Assembly (NCBI GenBank): GCA_900546375.1
Contig: URCO01000007.1
Span: forward strand, 3,303 to 67,302
Origin: an uncultured Collinsella sp.
GTDB taxonomy: Bacteria; Actinomycetota; Coriobacteriia; Coriobacteriales; Coriobacteriaceae
DNA: 64,000 nucleotides
Direction of reading: 5' to 3'
Positions 19,451-29,908 of this stretch are shown here, piece by piece. The notes beneath the pieces are model-generated. The model had not been told where the DNA came from, did no database searches, and saw only the letters and a program-made list of their open reading frames with translations. How positions within the stretch are numbered: position 1 is the stretch's first letter; each line of letters starts with the position of its first letter. Made by a program: the position numbers and the translations under genes.

Positions 19451-20031
19451 TACTCATCGCCTCCCTTCGGGGCGTCGGCGGCAGCGGCGTCGTCCTCGGC
19501 CTCGAGCTCGCGAGCGAGCTGGTCGACGACAGCCTTGCGCTTACGGGGACGACGGGCGTAGAGATCGGCCGTCGTGGGCTCTGCCGGCTCGGGCTCGGGC
19601 TCCGGCTCTGCAGCAGGCTCGGGCTCGGCTGCGGCAGCAGCAGCGGCGGCAGGCTCTGCACCCTTGGCCTCCTCGGCAATACCTTCGTCCTCGGTGGCAC
19701 CCTCGCTCGCGGCCTTCTCGGCGGCAAGGCGGGCACGGCGCTCGGCAAAGGTCTCCTTCTTTGCGGGTGCAGCCGTCCCGGCGGCATCCTCGTCCGCATC
19801 GGAATCGTCATCGACGACAGCCTTCTTGGGCTTGACCGGAGCCGACGCGGCCTCGCTTACCGGATCGATGATCTCGGACTGAACAACGGCCGTCATCTTT
19901 TCCTGCGTCTCGCGGAACTGACGGATGGCACGGCCGATCGTGCGGCCCATCTGCGGGAGCTTATCCGGGCCAAACAGCAAAAAGCCGAAGACCACGATGA
20001 TCGCGAGCTCACCCTCTCCAATACCAAACAC
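19450..20031 (-). CDS. tatB: Twin-arginine translocase TatA/TatB family subunit
   Basis: GTG start; FGIGEGEL..LLFGPDKLP..GRAIRQFR; long acidic tail. Confidence 0.8.
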   Translation of the reverse strand: MFGIGEGELAIIVVFGFLLFGPDKLPQMGRTIGRAIRQFRETQEKMTAVVQSEIIDPVSEAASAPVKPKKAVVDDDSDADEDAAGTAAPAKKETFAERRARLAAEKAASEGATEDEGIAEEAKGAEPAAAAAAAAEPEPAAEPEPEPEPAEPTTADLYARRPRKRKAVVDQLARELEAEDDAAAADAPKGGDE

Positions 20032-20184
20032 ACATACCTCCAAGGCTCGATGTGAGTCGAGCCCGCACCGCGCCATTCGGCCGGAACTCGTCTATTCATT
20101 CGGTCAAGTATAGCGCCCGGACGCCAAAACGTCCGAGCGCATCACAAACATATGCCAAACGGCACGCCCTTTTGGGGGCAAAGA

Positions 20185-20499
20185 TTATGCCGCCGTGATC
20201 GAAATCTCCTGGTCGACGCCCAGCAGCTGAACCACGCGCATCACCTGGGGCTGCACATTAGTGCAGCTAAAGCGCTTACCGTGGTCGACCGCGTGGTGCG
20301 CGGCGCCCACGAGCACGCCAATGCCCGTCGAATCGATGTAGCTCACCTGGGCAAAATCGAGCTCAACGGCCTCAGTGGGCTGCTCGAGCGCCAAGTCGAT
20401 GGCATTGCGCAGGCTATCGGCGTTAGAGATATCGATCTCGCCGGTTACCTTAATGGTGTAGATCTCCGGCGTGGGGTTGGTGGAAATACCCAAATCCAT
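20185..20499 (-). CDS. STAS-domain anti-sigma factor antagonist
   Basis: GEID, VSYIDSTGIGVL. Confidence 0.88.
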   Translation of the reverse strand: MDLGISTNPTPEIYTIKVTGEIDISNADSLRNAIDLALEQPTEAVELDFAQVSYIDSTGIGVLVGAAHHAVDHGKRFSCTNVQPQVMRVVQLLGVDQEISITAA

Positions 20500-20550
20500 A
20501 AATACGCTCCTTTATGTATCGAAAGTGCGGATAGTACGGGAAGCCGCGCG

Positions 20551-21855
20551 TTAGGCGCGCTCGGCACGCGCAAGCTCGGCAGCGACGAGCTTAACGGCCA
20601 GCACCAGCACGTCGAGCGCGACCTCCAGGTCCTCGACCGTGGGATAGCTCGGCGCGATGCGGATGTTGGTGTCGCGCGGGTCCTTGCCATAGGGCCAGGT
20701 AGCACCAGCCGGCGTGAGCTTGACGCCCAGGTCGGCGCAAAGCGCGGCGACCTTCTGGGCCGAGCCCTCGGGACCATCGAAGCTTACAAAGTAGCCGCCG
20801 CGGGGGTGCGTCCAGGTGGCGCAGCCCGTGTCGCCCAAGCCCTCGGTAAGCTTGCGCTCGACAGCCTCAAAGCGCGGGCGCAGGAATTCGGCATGCTTTT
20901 TCATGTGCTCCTTGACCGTCTCGATGGTGGGAAGGAAGCGCACGTGACGCAGCTGGTTGAGCTTGTCGGCGCTGATGAGGCCGGCCTTCAGGCACTTGGA
21001 GAACTCGGCGATGACCGCGGGGCTCGCACCGATAAAGCCGATGCCGGCGCCCGGGAAGGTGATCTTGGACGTCGAGGCAAAGGCCACCACGCGGTCCTCG
21101 GTACCCGCCGCGCGAGCGAGGTCAAAGATGTTTGCGAGCTCGTCGGTCTCGTCGTACAGGTCGTGCACGCAGTAGGCGTTGTCCCAGAAGATGCGGAAAT
21201 CGGACGCGGCCGTGGGCATCTCGACCAGGCGGCGCACGGTGTCCTCGCTAAAGGTGATGCCCGTGGGGTTGGAATACTTGGGCACACACCAGATACCCTT
21301 GATGGAATCGTCGGCGGCAACGAGGCGCTCGATCTCGTCCATGTCGGGGCCGTTGTCGGTCATCGCGACGGGGACATTCTCGATACCCAGGTCGGCGGTG
21401 ATGCCAAAATGACGGTCGTAACCGGGAACCGGGCACAGGAACTTGACCTTCTTGCCGTCATGCGCGGCCTCGTAAGCCTCCCAGGGCTCGCTGCCGCACG
21501 AGCCGCAGCGCCAGAACATGCCGGCGATATCGTGCTCGATCAGCAGGCTCGACGAACCCAGTACGAGCGTCTGCTCGGCGGGGCAACCCAGGAACTCCCC
21601 TGCCAGCTTGCGTGCCGAGGGAATGCCCTCAAAGCAGCCGTAGTTGGAGCAGTCGACGTTGCCGTCGTGCAGATCGGCATCGGCATTGAGGATATCGAGC
21701 ATGGGTCGAGAGATGTCCACCTGGGAGGGCGACGGCTTGCCGCGGGCCATGTCGAGCGCCAGGCCCTTGGCCTTGACCTCGGCGACCTCGGCTTTGAGCG
21801 CCTCGATGGCGGCATCGAGTTCGGTGGTTTCCATCTTCTGGTAGATCGTCTGCAT
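20551..21855 (-). CDS. PLP-dependent aminotransferase (actinobacterial aspartate aminotransferase type)
   Basis: LDMARGKPS, PGYDRHF, PKYSNPTG, WDNAY, STSKITFPG, NIRIAPS. Confidence 0.88.
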   Translation of the reverse strand: MQTIYQKMETTELDAAIEALKAEVAEVKAKGLALDMARGKPSPSQVDISRPMLDILNADADLHDGNVDCSNYGCFEGIPSARKLAGEFLGCPAEQTLVLGSSSLLIEHDIAGMFWRCGSCGSEPWEAYEAAHDGKKVKFLCPVPGYDRHFGITADLGIENVPVAMTDNGPDMDEIERLVAADDSIKGIWCVPKYSNPTGITFSEDTVRRLVEMPTAASDFRIFWDNAYCVHDLYDETDELANIFDLARAAGTEDRVVAFASTSKITFPGAGIGFIGASPAVIAEFSKCLKAGLISADKLNQLRHVRFLPTIETVKEHMKKHAEFLRPRFEAVERKLTEGLGDTGCATWTHPRGGYFVSFDGPEGSAQKVAALCADLGVKLTPAGATWPYGKDPRDTNIRIAPSYPTVEDLEVALDVLVLAVKLVAAELARAERA

Positions 21856-22004
21856 GGGTGCGACCTTTCGCGAAGCGGGACGTTGCAGTTCGTCTAAGTA
21901 TAGACCGCCACCGCCGCAAGGGTATGAAGCCGTGATAGATTAAGTCCATCGCAATAAATTACGAAACGCCGCGCATGCCGGCGTGGGGCGCCCAAGGAGG
22001 CACT

Positions 22005-22259
22005 ATGGAGTACGGATCGTTCCAGGCCGAGGAATTCGGCGACCTGCAGCGCCTGGTCGACGGACTGTTTTACGACCGCCACGCCATCGACCGCCTGGAT
22101 CTCATCGTGCAGGCCGAGATCTTGGACCTGACACCCGACCTTATGGAAATCGTGAACCTTTTGCCGCCCGGCTACTACGACCGCCAATCGCTTTGCGACC
22201 AGCTCAACTCCGCCTTGGCCGCCCACGGCTGGGGCGCCGTCTACGGCACCGTGGAATAA
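22005..22259 (+). CDS. Small hypothetical protein
   Basis: AAGGAGG RBS before ATG 22005; 84 aa. Confidence 0.7.
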   Translation: MEYGSFQAEEFGDLQRLVDGLFYDRHAIDRLDLIVQAEILDLTPDLMEIVNLLPPGYYDRQSLCDQLNSALAAHGWGAVYGTVE

Positions 22260-22260
22260 A

Positions 22261-22291
22261 CCTAGTCATTTAAGAACCTCCCCAATGACTA
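22261..22291. repeat. REP-like 31-bp hairpin (TAGTCATT...AATGACTA family)
   Basis: Matches the reverse complement of 13625-13655 with 2 mismatches. Confidence 0.75.
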
Positions 22292-22328
22292 AAACGCCGC
22301 TTGTGATGGTGTTCACAGGCGGCGTTTT
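22291..22328. terminator. Bidirectional terminator between convergent genes
   Basis: AAAACGCCGCTTGTGA...TCACAGGCGGCGTTTT. Confidence 0.7.
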
Positions 22329-22345
22329 CAAACTTGTATGTGCTT

Positions 22346-23704
22346 TTACTTGTCTTTGGGCGCGGAGTGTTTGCAGACCACGCTCATGTAGATCATACCG
22401 AGCACGGCAGCGGTGACCGAACCGGCAAGGATGGCGGCCTTGGCAGCCAGAACCTCAAACTGGGCCGTCGGGAAGGCAAGGCCGCTGATGAGGATCGACA
22501 TGGTGAAGCCGATGCCGCCCAGAATGCCCACACCGGCAATCATGTGCCAGTTAACGTTATGCGGCAGCTCGCAGACCCTAAACTTAACCAGGGCAAACGT
22601 CATGCCAAAGATGCCGATCGGCTTGCCCAGCAGCATGCCAAAGTACACGCCGAGCGTCACCGGGTCGGTGAGCAGCGTGCTCATATCCACACCCACTAGG
22701 CGAACCTGTGCGTTCACGAACGCAAAGATCGGCAGAATCACAAAGTTGACCGGCGTGGAGATCAGACGCTCCATGCGGATGAGCGGCGGGGTCACGCGGT
22801 GCATGACGCGCTCGACCCTGGTGGTCGAGACGGTAAAGTCATGCTGGCCCAGGATGTGTGCCTCGTCGTCGTAGCGGTCATCGAGCAGCGGCAGGCACTC
22901 GCCCAACCAATCGGTGAGGCTATCGAGCTTGACGCCGCACTTAGCCGGGATGGTAAAGGCCAAGATAACGCCAGCAAGCGTGGCGTGCACGCCGCTCTTG
23001 AACATACAGAACCACAACAGCAGACCCAGTACCGAATACGGGGCAAGGCGGTAATGCTGCGTCTTGTTGAGCCACACGAGCGCGCAGGTCACAAGCGCGG
23101 CGGCGCCCAACCAAAACGGATTGGGGCTCTGACCGTAGAAGATGGCGATGGCGGCGATGGAGATGAGGTCGTCGGCGATGGCGAGCGTCGAGAAGAACAC
23201 GCGCACGCCGTTGGGAACGCGATTGCCCAAAAGCGATAGCACGCCCAGCGCAAAGGCAATATCGGTTGCCATGGGGATGGCCCAACCGTTGCGGGCGCCG
23301 GCATGGTTGAAGATCAGGTAGATACAGGCGGGAACGACGACGCCGCCCACGGCCGCCAGCATGGGAAGCATGGCCTGACGCGGATTCTTGAGCTCGCCGA
23401 CCGTCATCTCGTACTTAAGCTCAATGCCCACCAACAAAAAGAAAATCGCCATGAGGAAGTCGTTGACGAAAAGCTCAACGGTGAGACCGGCCGTAAGGTT
23501 TCCCAGACCCACATACAGCGGGGTCTCCAAAAAGTGATGGACGGCCTCGTAGGCATCGGTATTGGCGCAAATGACGGCGGCGATGGCGGCGAAGACCATG
23601 ACGGCGGCGGAAATCGTGCCGTTCTCGGTGATGCGTTCCCAAATGTCGTGACGTTCAAAGCGCTTGCGCTCACGAACGTTGAACAGCTGCTCAGTTGCTG
23701 CCAT
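22346..23704 (-). CDS. nhaA: Na+/H+ antiporter NhaA
   Basis: NDFLMAIFF..GIELKYE, GWAIPMATDIAF, LAIADD, SGVHAT, GIGFTMS. Confidence 0.93.
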   Translation of the reverse strand: MAATEQLFNVRERKRFERHDIWERITENGTISAAVMVFAAIAAVICANTDAYEAVHHFLETPLYVGLGNLTAGLTVELFVNDFLMAIFFLLVGIELKYEMTVGELKNPRQAMLPMLAAVGGVVVPACIYLIFNHAGARNGWAIPMATDIAFALGVLSLLGNRVPNGVRVFFSTLAIADDLISIAAIAIFYGQSPNPFWLGAAALVTCALVWLNKTQHYRLAPYSVLGLLLWFCMFKSGVHATLAGVILAFTIPAKCGVKLDSLTDWLGECLPLLDDRYDDEAHILGQHDFTVSTTRVERVMHRVTPPLIRMERLISTPVNFVILPIFAFVNAQVRLVGVDMSTLLTDPVTLGVYFGMLLGKPIGIFGMTFALVKFRVCELPHNVNWHMIAGVGILGGIGFTMSILISGLAFPTAQFEVLAAKAAILAGSVTAAVLGMIYMSVVCKHSAPKDK

Positions 23705-23971
23705 GGGCGGCTCCTTTCACGGGAAAGCTCCCGTCTTAAAAAAGCACGGCCCGCCCAAGTGGCGGCGCCGCGCTCTAACGTATTACGCTTGCATCTAGCC
23801 TACCCTGCACGACAAGCACGCAGGCGTGGCCGAAAAGCGGAACCACAGGTTGAACATTATTTGCTCAACGGCACGGGCACGCCTGTCCAAGAGACGACGC
23901 GGCGCCGTGCACAAAAAACGACCGGAGCGCGGGGCGTCCGCGATCCGGTCGTGGCATTTGGTCAAAAGAAC

Positions 23972-24895
23972 CTAGCAGGCGGCCATGATGGGGGCAGCGA
24001 CCTGCTTCTTACGGGAGAGGACGCCCGGCATCCAGACGCCGTCGTGCTCGTCGGCAATGCCCAGGCCCTTCTGAGCGGCCTCGGTCTCGCCCTCGAGCAG
24101 GACCTGCGAGCCCTCCTCCATAATGTCGGTGATGCACAGAACAATGCCGTCGGCACCCTTCTCGGCGGCGTAGGCGCGCATGGCCTCGCGAATCTCGTCA
24201 ATCATGCCAAGCGCACGGCTCTTGTCGACGGTCTCGTACTGGCCGATGAGCAGCTTCTTGCCGGCGGGCTCGAACATCTTGATGTCGTTGCCGACCATCT
24301 CGGCTGCGGTGAAGGAGCCGGACGGACGGGTGAGGAAGACCTCCATGCCAAACTTGACCGGGTCGACGCCCACCTGCTCGCCGAGCTTGGCGGCGACGGC
24401 GCGGTCGACATCGGTGGTGGTGGGGCTCTTGAGCATAAGCGTGTCGGTCATCATGGCCGAGAGCAGCAGCTTGGCCTGGACGTCGGAAAGCTCAACGCCG
24501 AGCACGCCGGCGAGCTTGGTGACGATGGTGCAGCTGGAACCCCAGGGCAGGCAGATGTAGTGCAGCGGGCCGGCGGTCTCGAAGTCGCCGATGCGGTGAT
24601 GATCGACAACGCCAAAGACCGTGGCGTCCTTAAGGCCGGCGACGGACTGGGCAGACTCGTTGTGGTCGGTGAGGACGACGAGCTGACCGGCCTCGACGGA
24701 CTCGATCGCGCGGGGCTCGGCGATGCCGGCGTCGGCGAGCAGCTTGGCGGACTCTGCCGGAAGCTGACCCAGGGCGCAGGCCTCGTAGGTGTTGCCGGCA
24801 TACTCAACCTGGTTGAGCAGCTGGGACAGGACGACGGCGCTCATGATGGCGTCGTTATCGGGGTTCTGGTGACCAAAGACAAGAACGTTTGCCAT
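23972..24895 (-). CDS. ppaC: Mn-dependent inorganic pyrophosphatase (family II)
   Basis: GHQNPDND, TDHNE, VDHH, KSPTTT, SRKKQV. Confidence 0.93.
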   Translation of the reverse strand: MANVLVFGHQNPDNDAIMSAVVLSQLLNQVEYAGNTYEACALGQLPAESAKLLADAGIAEPRAIESVEAGQLVVLTDHNESAQSVAGLKDATVFGVVDHHRIGDFETAGPLHYICLPWGSSCTIVTKLAGVLGVELSDVQAKLLLSAMMTDTLMLKSPTTTDVDRAVAAKLGEQVGVDPVKFGMEVFLTRPSGSFTAAEMVGNDIKMFEPAGKKLLIGQYETVDKSRALGMIDEIREAMRAYAAEKGADGIVLCITDIMEEGSQVLLEGETEAAQKGLGIADEHDGVWMPGVLSRKKQVAAPIMAAC

Positions 24896-25042
24896 GGATA
24901 TCCTCCACTTGATATGTGTACTTGGACGTAGCTATGGTAGCACGCTGGCGCCGAACCTTATGAGACGCAAGGGCCGCGGCGCAATTTGGGGCGAGCCTGG
25001 GGGCGAAGTCTGCCCCCTTGTACCACCGCCCTCCTGCACCGA

Positions 25043-25996
25043 CTATTTACCGGCGGCGCGCAGGGCTACGTAGGCGGCACCGATGATGCCGGCGTCGTTT
25101 CCGAGCGAAGCGACCTTAATGGGCGTCTCGCGCGAGGCAGAGAGCGCGTACTGCTTAAAGTGCTCGCGAACCTTGTCGAGATAAACATCGGCCGAGGCAG
25201 ACGCGCCGCCACCGATCAGGAACATCTCGGGGTCGACCACGTTGGCGATAAGCGCCAGGGCGCGGCCAAGGTAGTCGGCCATGGTGTCGGCTGCGGCCAG
25301 CGCAAGCTTGTCGCCCTCGCGGCAGGCCTGGAACACGTCCTTGGAATCGGAGGGGCCGGTGAGCTCAATGGGCTCGACGCCCGCCTTCTTGCACTCGGCA
25401 AGGTAGTTGCTCACCACGCCGGTGGCGCTGGAATACTGCTCCAGATGGCCATGGCCGCCACAGCCGCATGTGCGCTCCTCGGCCGGGTTCAGGCACATGT
25501 GGCCAATCTCGCCGCCGGCGCCCACAACGCCCGATACCACGTCGCCGTTAACGATAACGCCGCCGCCCACGCCGGTACCGATGGTGACCATCACCACGTT
25601 CTGCACGCCCTTGGCAGAACCGAGCCAGGCCTCGCCCATGGCAGCGGCGTTGGCATCGTTCTCATACTTAACGACCGCATCGGGGCAGTGCTTCTGAATG
25701 GCGACCCTCAGCTCGGGCAGGTTAATGGCAATGTTGGCCTTGACCTTGGCATCGCCCGACGCCGGGATGGGACACGGAACGGCCAGGCCAATGCCCGCCA
25801 CAAAGGCACGCGGAATCTGTGCCTTGGCGACCACCTGGTCGATAGCCTCGGTCACCGCGGCAAAGCCCGCAGCGTCAACGATAGGAGGCGTGGGCACGCT
25901 GGCCTTGGCAAGCAGGTTGCCGTCCTCGTCGAACAGGCCCTCCTTAACCGAAGTGCCGCCGACGTCGATGCCGATGTAGTACTGCTTAGGTTCCAT
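25043..25996 (-). CDS. ROK family sugar kinase (glucokinase-like)
   Basis: GIDVGGT, ENDANAAAMGE, GTGVGGG, GEIGH, CGCG..GHLE. Confidence 0.9.
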   Translation of the reverse strand: MEPKQYYIGIDVGGTSVKEGLFDEDGNLLAKASVPTPPIVDAAGFAAVTEAIDQVVAKAQIPRAFVAGIGLAVPCPIPASGDAKVKANIAINLPELRVAIQKHCPDAVVKYENDANAAAMGEAWLGSAKGVQNVVMVTIGTGVGGGVIVNGDVVSGVVGAGGEIGHMCLNPAEERTCGCGGHGHLEQYSSATGVVSNYLAECKKAGVEPIELTGPSDSKDVFQACREGDKLALAAADTMADYLGRALALIANVVDPEMFLIGGGASASADVYLDKVREHFKQYALSASRETPIKVASLGNDAGIIGAAYVALRAAGK

Positions 25997-26237
25997 GGGA
26001 GCCCACCTTTCTCGTTTAAACATTGCCTGTATGGTACCGCTCTCAAGGCAAAAACCTACCAAAAAGGGACAGGTTTGTTTTGGCAGGTTTTATCTGGGGT
26101 AACGCAATTGGCTGCCCAACAGGCCGCGCAAGACCATCCCCAAAAATAAAGGCGCCGGGAGGCGGAGGCTCCCGGCGCCCGTCAAAGGGACTATGTTGTC
26201 TGTTGGACCGCACGGTCCGTCGCGGCGATAACGCCGA

Positions 26238-26570
26238 CTAGGCCTGAAGTGCCTGCAGCTGCTTGTGAACCTCGATGAGCTCCGTCGCCATGACGCGCAT
26301 GGTCTCGGTGCCGGCCATCTGGTCCTCGGCATGCAGCAAAATCAACGGGGCCTCGCCGTTACGCTCGCCGTTGGCCTCCTTCTTCAGAAGCCCCATGTGA
26401 ACATCGTGGCCACCGTTATAGGCCTCGTCGCCCTGCTTGATAAGCTCCTCGGCGGCGTCAAAATCGCCCTCCTTGGCCTTTTGCACGGCATTGATGTACA
26501 TGCTCTTGGCGGTACCGACGTAGCTGATGATCTCAAAGCAGGTCATCTGCAGTTCGTTCATATCCTCCAT
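26238..26570 (-). CDS. PTS lactose/cellobiose family IIA component
   Basis: FEIISYVGTAKS, LLHAEDQM. Confidence 0.9.
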   Translation of the reverse strand: MEDMNELQMTCFEIISYVGTAKSMYINAVQKAKEGDFDAAEELIKQGDEAYNGGHDVHMGLLKKEANGERNGEAPLILLHAEDQMAGTETMRVMATELIEVHKQLQALQA

Positions 26571-26579
26571 GCAGAGCAC

Positions 26580-26882
26580 CTAGCCCATCACGCTGACGCA
26601 GTGGTCGATGATGCCGGCAGCGTTCATGCGGCCGTAGTCGACCATGTTGATAACCTCGACCGGGAAGCGGCCGGCGGCCTCCTTCTCAAAATCGTCCTTG
26701 GTGTAGCCGATCTGCGGACCAAGCAGCAACATGTCGCACTCGTCCAGGTGATCGTGGGCCTCGTTCATGGGACGAGCCTCGACCTCAATATCCAGACCAC
26801 GGTTTGCAACCTCGGCCTGCATCTTCTGGACCAGCAGGCTCGTGGACATACCGGCATTGCAGCAGAGCATGATCTTCTTCAT
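26580..26882 (-). CDS. PTS lactose/cellobiose family IIB component
   Basis: CNAGMSTSLLV, LLGPQ, DYGRMN. Confidence 0.92.
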   Translation of the reverse strand: MKKIMLCCNAGMSTSLLVQKMQAEVANRGLDIEVEARPMNEAHDHLDECDMLLLGPQIGYTKDDFEKEAAGRFPVEVINMVDYGRMNAAGIIDHCVSVMG

Positions 26883-27043
26883 GGTTTCCTCCTTATAACT
26901 GCGCGGCGCGCAGACGACAACTGGTTGTATTCCTTGCGGCTATTGTGCCCACCCCCCTGCATCTTTACACAAGGGAGAGAGCTGCGGGCACCGGCACCGC
27001 GTACCGGCGCCCGCAAAGGTGAAAGGGACGAACGTTAGGCGTT

Positions 27044-28387
27044 CTACTCGGCGAAAGCCTCCTGCTTGGCGATTGCCTTCTCGGAAATCTTCATAAAGGG
27101 CAGGTAGACGGCCATGCCAATGACAATCTCGATAGCCTGCCACACGCCGGCGCGCCAGTCAAAGCCCGTAGCGAGCAGGGCATTGATGACGGGAGGCATG
27201 GTCCAGGGCACCTGGGCGATGCAGGGGCTGATGATGCCTGCGCAGGTAAGGCCATAGGTGATGCCGATGAACAGATCGGGAAGAAGAACGAACGGGATCA
27301 TGAGCGGCAGGTTGTACACGATGGGGTAACCGTAGATAACCGGCTCGTTGATGTTGAACAGACCAGGCAGGATAGCCATCTTGGAAACGGTCTCGGAAGC
27401 CTTGTTCTTGGAGAACAGGAGCGTGTCGAGCAGGAGCATGAGGGTGCAGCCCGAGCCGCCGATGAGGGCGAAGCTGTTAACGATCTGCATGTTCATGTAG
27501 TGATCGGGCTGGATGGTGCCACCGGCGGCAAAGGTAGCCATGTTGTCGACGATGAGCATGGTCAGGATCGGCTCGACGGTAGCGCCAGAGATGGTGGACT
27601 GGTGAATACCGACGCAGAACAGCAGGTTAGCAAGGGTGTAGATGAGGATAACAGCCCACGGACCGGCGTTCATGATGCTCTTGAGCGGGTTGGAGATGCA
27701 CGTGGAGATGATGGTGCACAGATCGGTGCCGGCGCACACGGCGAGCAGGGCTGCGGCAAGAGCGAAGACCGCGAGGTTAAGCAGCATCGGAATCATGACG
27801 TTGAAGGAGTTGGAGACCGCGGGAGGCACGCCCTCGCCCAGCTTAACCTTGAGCTTCTCGACGCCAGAAATCTTGATGAAGAGCGAGACGGAAAGCAGGG
27901 CGATGATAATAGCCGAGAACAGACCGTTGGTGCCGGTGTTGGCAGTCGAAAGGGCGCCCGTGACCTCGGCGGAGGTGATCTTGTCGGTGAGCAGTGGGCT
28001 CGTGGCGGCAAGCGAGGCGGTGATCTGCTGCGGCATCATGATGACGAAGGCAGAGATGGCGACGACCACGCAAGCGAGCGGGTTATCGAAACGCTTGTTC
28101 TTGGCGAGGCTGTAGCCAATCAATCCGGCCAAGATAATGGCAGAGACGTTGAGGGTGCCCAGCGTAATTGCCGAGCCCCACGTCTGAAGGTTGGCAAGGC
28201 CCGCCGCATCGAGCGGGAACAGAGGGAACACGACGTTGTTAATAAGAACCGCGATACCCGCAAGGATATAGAGCGGCGTGATGGTCGCGAAGGCGTCACG
28301 CAGGGAACGCAGGTGAACCTGGTTTCCCACCTTCGCAGAGACCTCGGCAAACTTGTCGAGGAAGCTCTTTCCGTTGTCACTGGCCAT
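27044..28387 (-). CDS. PTS lactose/cellobiose family IIC component
   Basis: LRSLRDAF, GVPPAVSNSF, GIH, GGSG.T, FNINEPVIYGYPIV, PWTMPP. Confidence 0.92.
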   Translation of the reverse strand: MASDNGKSFLDKFAEVSAKVGNQVHLRSLRDAFATITPLYILAGIAVLINNVVFPLFPLDAAGLANLQTWGSAITLGTLNVSAIILAGLIGYSLAKNKRFDNPLACVVVAISAFVIMMPQQITASLAATSPLLTDKITSAEVTGALSTANTGTNGLFSAIIIALLSVSLFIKISGVEKLKVKLGEGVPPAVSNSFNVMIPMLLNLAVFALAAALLAVCAGTDLCTIISTCISNPLKSIMNAGPWAVILIYTLANLLFCVGIHQSTISGATVEPILTMLIVDNMATFAAGGTIQPDHYMNMQIVNSFALIGGSGCTLMLLLDTLLFSKNKASETVSKMAILPGLFNINEPVIYGYPIVYNLPLMIPFVLLPDLFIGITYGLTCAGIISPCIAQVPWTMPPVINALLATGFDWRAGVWQAIEIVIGMAVYLPFMKISEKAIAKQEAFAE

Positions 28388-28507
28388 GATTGCTCCTAAC
28401 TTTCAAATCCGGCCTTTTCCTATGCGCACGGTGGTCTGTCGCCCTCTGCCACCAGATGTGCCATGTGTTGCGCGCGGCGGCGCGCGGTCTGGGCGTTCGC
28501 CCGGTCG

Positions 28508-29908
28508 CTAATCAACCACGTGGGTCGTGGCGACCTGTTTGAGCCAGGCCGCCGACTTCTTAAGGCGGCGCTTGTAGCCGTCCATGAGATCGACCTCGAC
28601 AAAGCCGTAACGATTCTTAAAGGCATTGGCCCAAGACCAGTTATCGATGACGGCCCAGTAGTGATAGCCCCGGCACTTGGCGCCCTCGTCGATGGCCTTG
28701 GCCACCCACTCCAGGTGCTGACGTACAAAGTCGACGCGGTAGTCATCCTGGATGGTTCCTTCGGCGTCACGGTTCTTGTATTCGTCCATGATGCCGATGC
28801 CGTTCTCGGAAACGAACCACTCAAGATCGGGGTAGTTCTTAGCGCAGTCCATGCCAAAGTCGTAGAGGCCCTGCGGGTAGATCTCCCAGCCGCGGCTCTC
28901 GTTCATAACGGCGTCGGGCCATACGTACTCGTCGGCAAAGTGCGGCAGGCCGTACTGGTCGACCTTGCTCGCCGGCGCCTGAACACGCGTGGGGTGGTAG
29001 TAGTTGCAGCCGAGCCAGTCGACAACACCCTGCTTGAGGATCTCTTGGTCGCCGGCGCGGAACGGGAGCTTAACGCCGCCCTCGGCCAGGCTGTCGAGCA
29101 CGTCGGCAGGAAGCTCGCCCTTGGTGATGAGGTCGAGCCACCAGCGGTTGTTGATGCCGCTGGTCATGCGCACGGCCTCGAGGTCCGCCTCGCTGGGGTT
29201 CTCCTTGGTGTAGACCGGGGTAAAGCAATTGATCATGCCGATCTTGGCATCGGCGCGAATAGCGCCCTCGTCATAGGCGCGACGATAGTTGGCCACGGCC
29301 AGCGCGTGCGCCAGCGAGATGTGATACTGCACGGTGCGGGCGCGGTTGAAGTCGTGGAGCTGCGGGAACCACACGCCCTCCTGATAGCGCTGCTCGGGCT
29401 CGACGATGGGCTCGTTAAAGGTGAACCAGTACTTAATCTCCTGGCCAAACTCGTGGAAGGCGACGTCGGCGTAATGTGCGTAAGCCTCGACAACCTCACG
29501 GCTCTCCCAGCCGCCACGGTTAAAGAGGTAGGTGGGCATGTCAAAGTGGTACAAGTTGACAAACGGCTCCAGGCCGGCTTCGCGAGAGGCGCGGAACAAC
29601 TCGTGATACCACGCGGCGCCTTCCTCGTTGAGGTTGCCGTCGGCATCGAGCAGACGGCTCCACTGGATGGAAGTGCGATAGGTATCCAGGCCCAAGTCCT
29701 TCAAAATGCGAAGGTCTTCCTGGTACTTGGCCATAAAGTCATTGCCGGCGTAAGAGCCAACGCGGTTGTAGAACGAACCCAGATCCTGGATGGACCAGGT
29801 GTCCCACAGGTTCTCGAGTTTGCCGCCCTGGTTCCACTGACCCTCAGTCTGCGGGCCGGACATAGCAGCGCCAAAGAAGAAGTCGTTGGGCAGCTGATAC
29901 TGTGCCAT
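28508..29908 (-). CDS. Glycoside hydrolase family 1 (6-phospho-beta-glycosidase, GmuD-like)
   Basis: TFNEP acid/base, VSENG nucleophile, YHFDMP, DNWSWANAFKNRYG. Confidence 0.92.
   Translation of the reverse strand: MAQYQLPNDFFFGAAMSGPQTEGQWNQGGKLENLWDTWSIQDLGSFYNRVGSYAGNDFMAKYQEDLRILKDLGLDTYRTSIQWSRLLDADGNLNEEGAAWYHELFRASREAGLEPFVNLYHFDMPTYLFNRGGWESREVVEAYAHYADVAFHEFGQEIKYWFTFNEPIVEPEQRYQEGVWFPQLHDFNRARTVQYHISLAHALAVANYRRAYDEGAIRADAKIGMINCFTPVYTKENPSEADLEAVRMTSGINNRWWLDLITKGELPADVLDSLAEGGVKLPFRAGDQEILKQGVVDWLGCNYYHPTRVQAPASKVDQYGLPHFADEYVWPDAVMNESRGWEIYPQGLYDFGMDCAKNYPDLEWFVSENGIGIMDEYKNRDAEGTIQDDYRVDFVRQHLEWVAKAIDEGAKCRGYHYWAVIDNWSWANAFKNRYGFVEVDLMDGYKRRLKKSAAWLKQVATTHVVD

Noticed and set aside
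14882..19561. Very long plus-strand ORFs (716 aa and 737 aa; similar ones at 10039, 20152, 23303, 28463, 38810)
   Set aside because: They are antisense shadows of well-supported genes, expected from high-GC codon bias, and have no recognisable motifs.
23705..23900. Na+/Li+ riboswitch upstream of nhaA
   Set aside because: GC-rich hairpins are present but I cannot match them to a known motif by eye; an Rfam scan would be needed.
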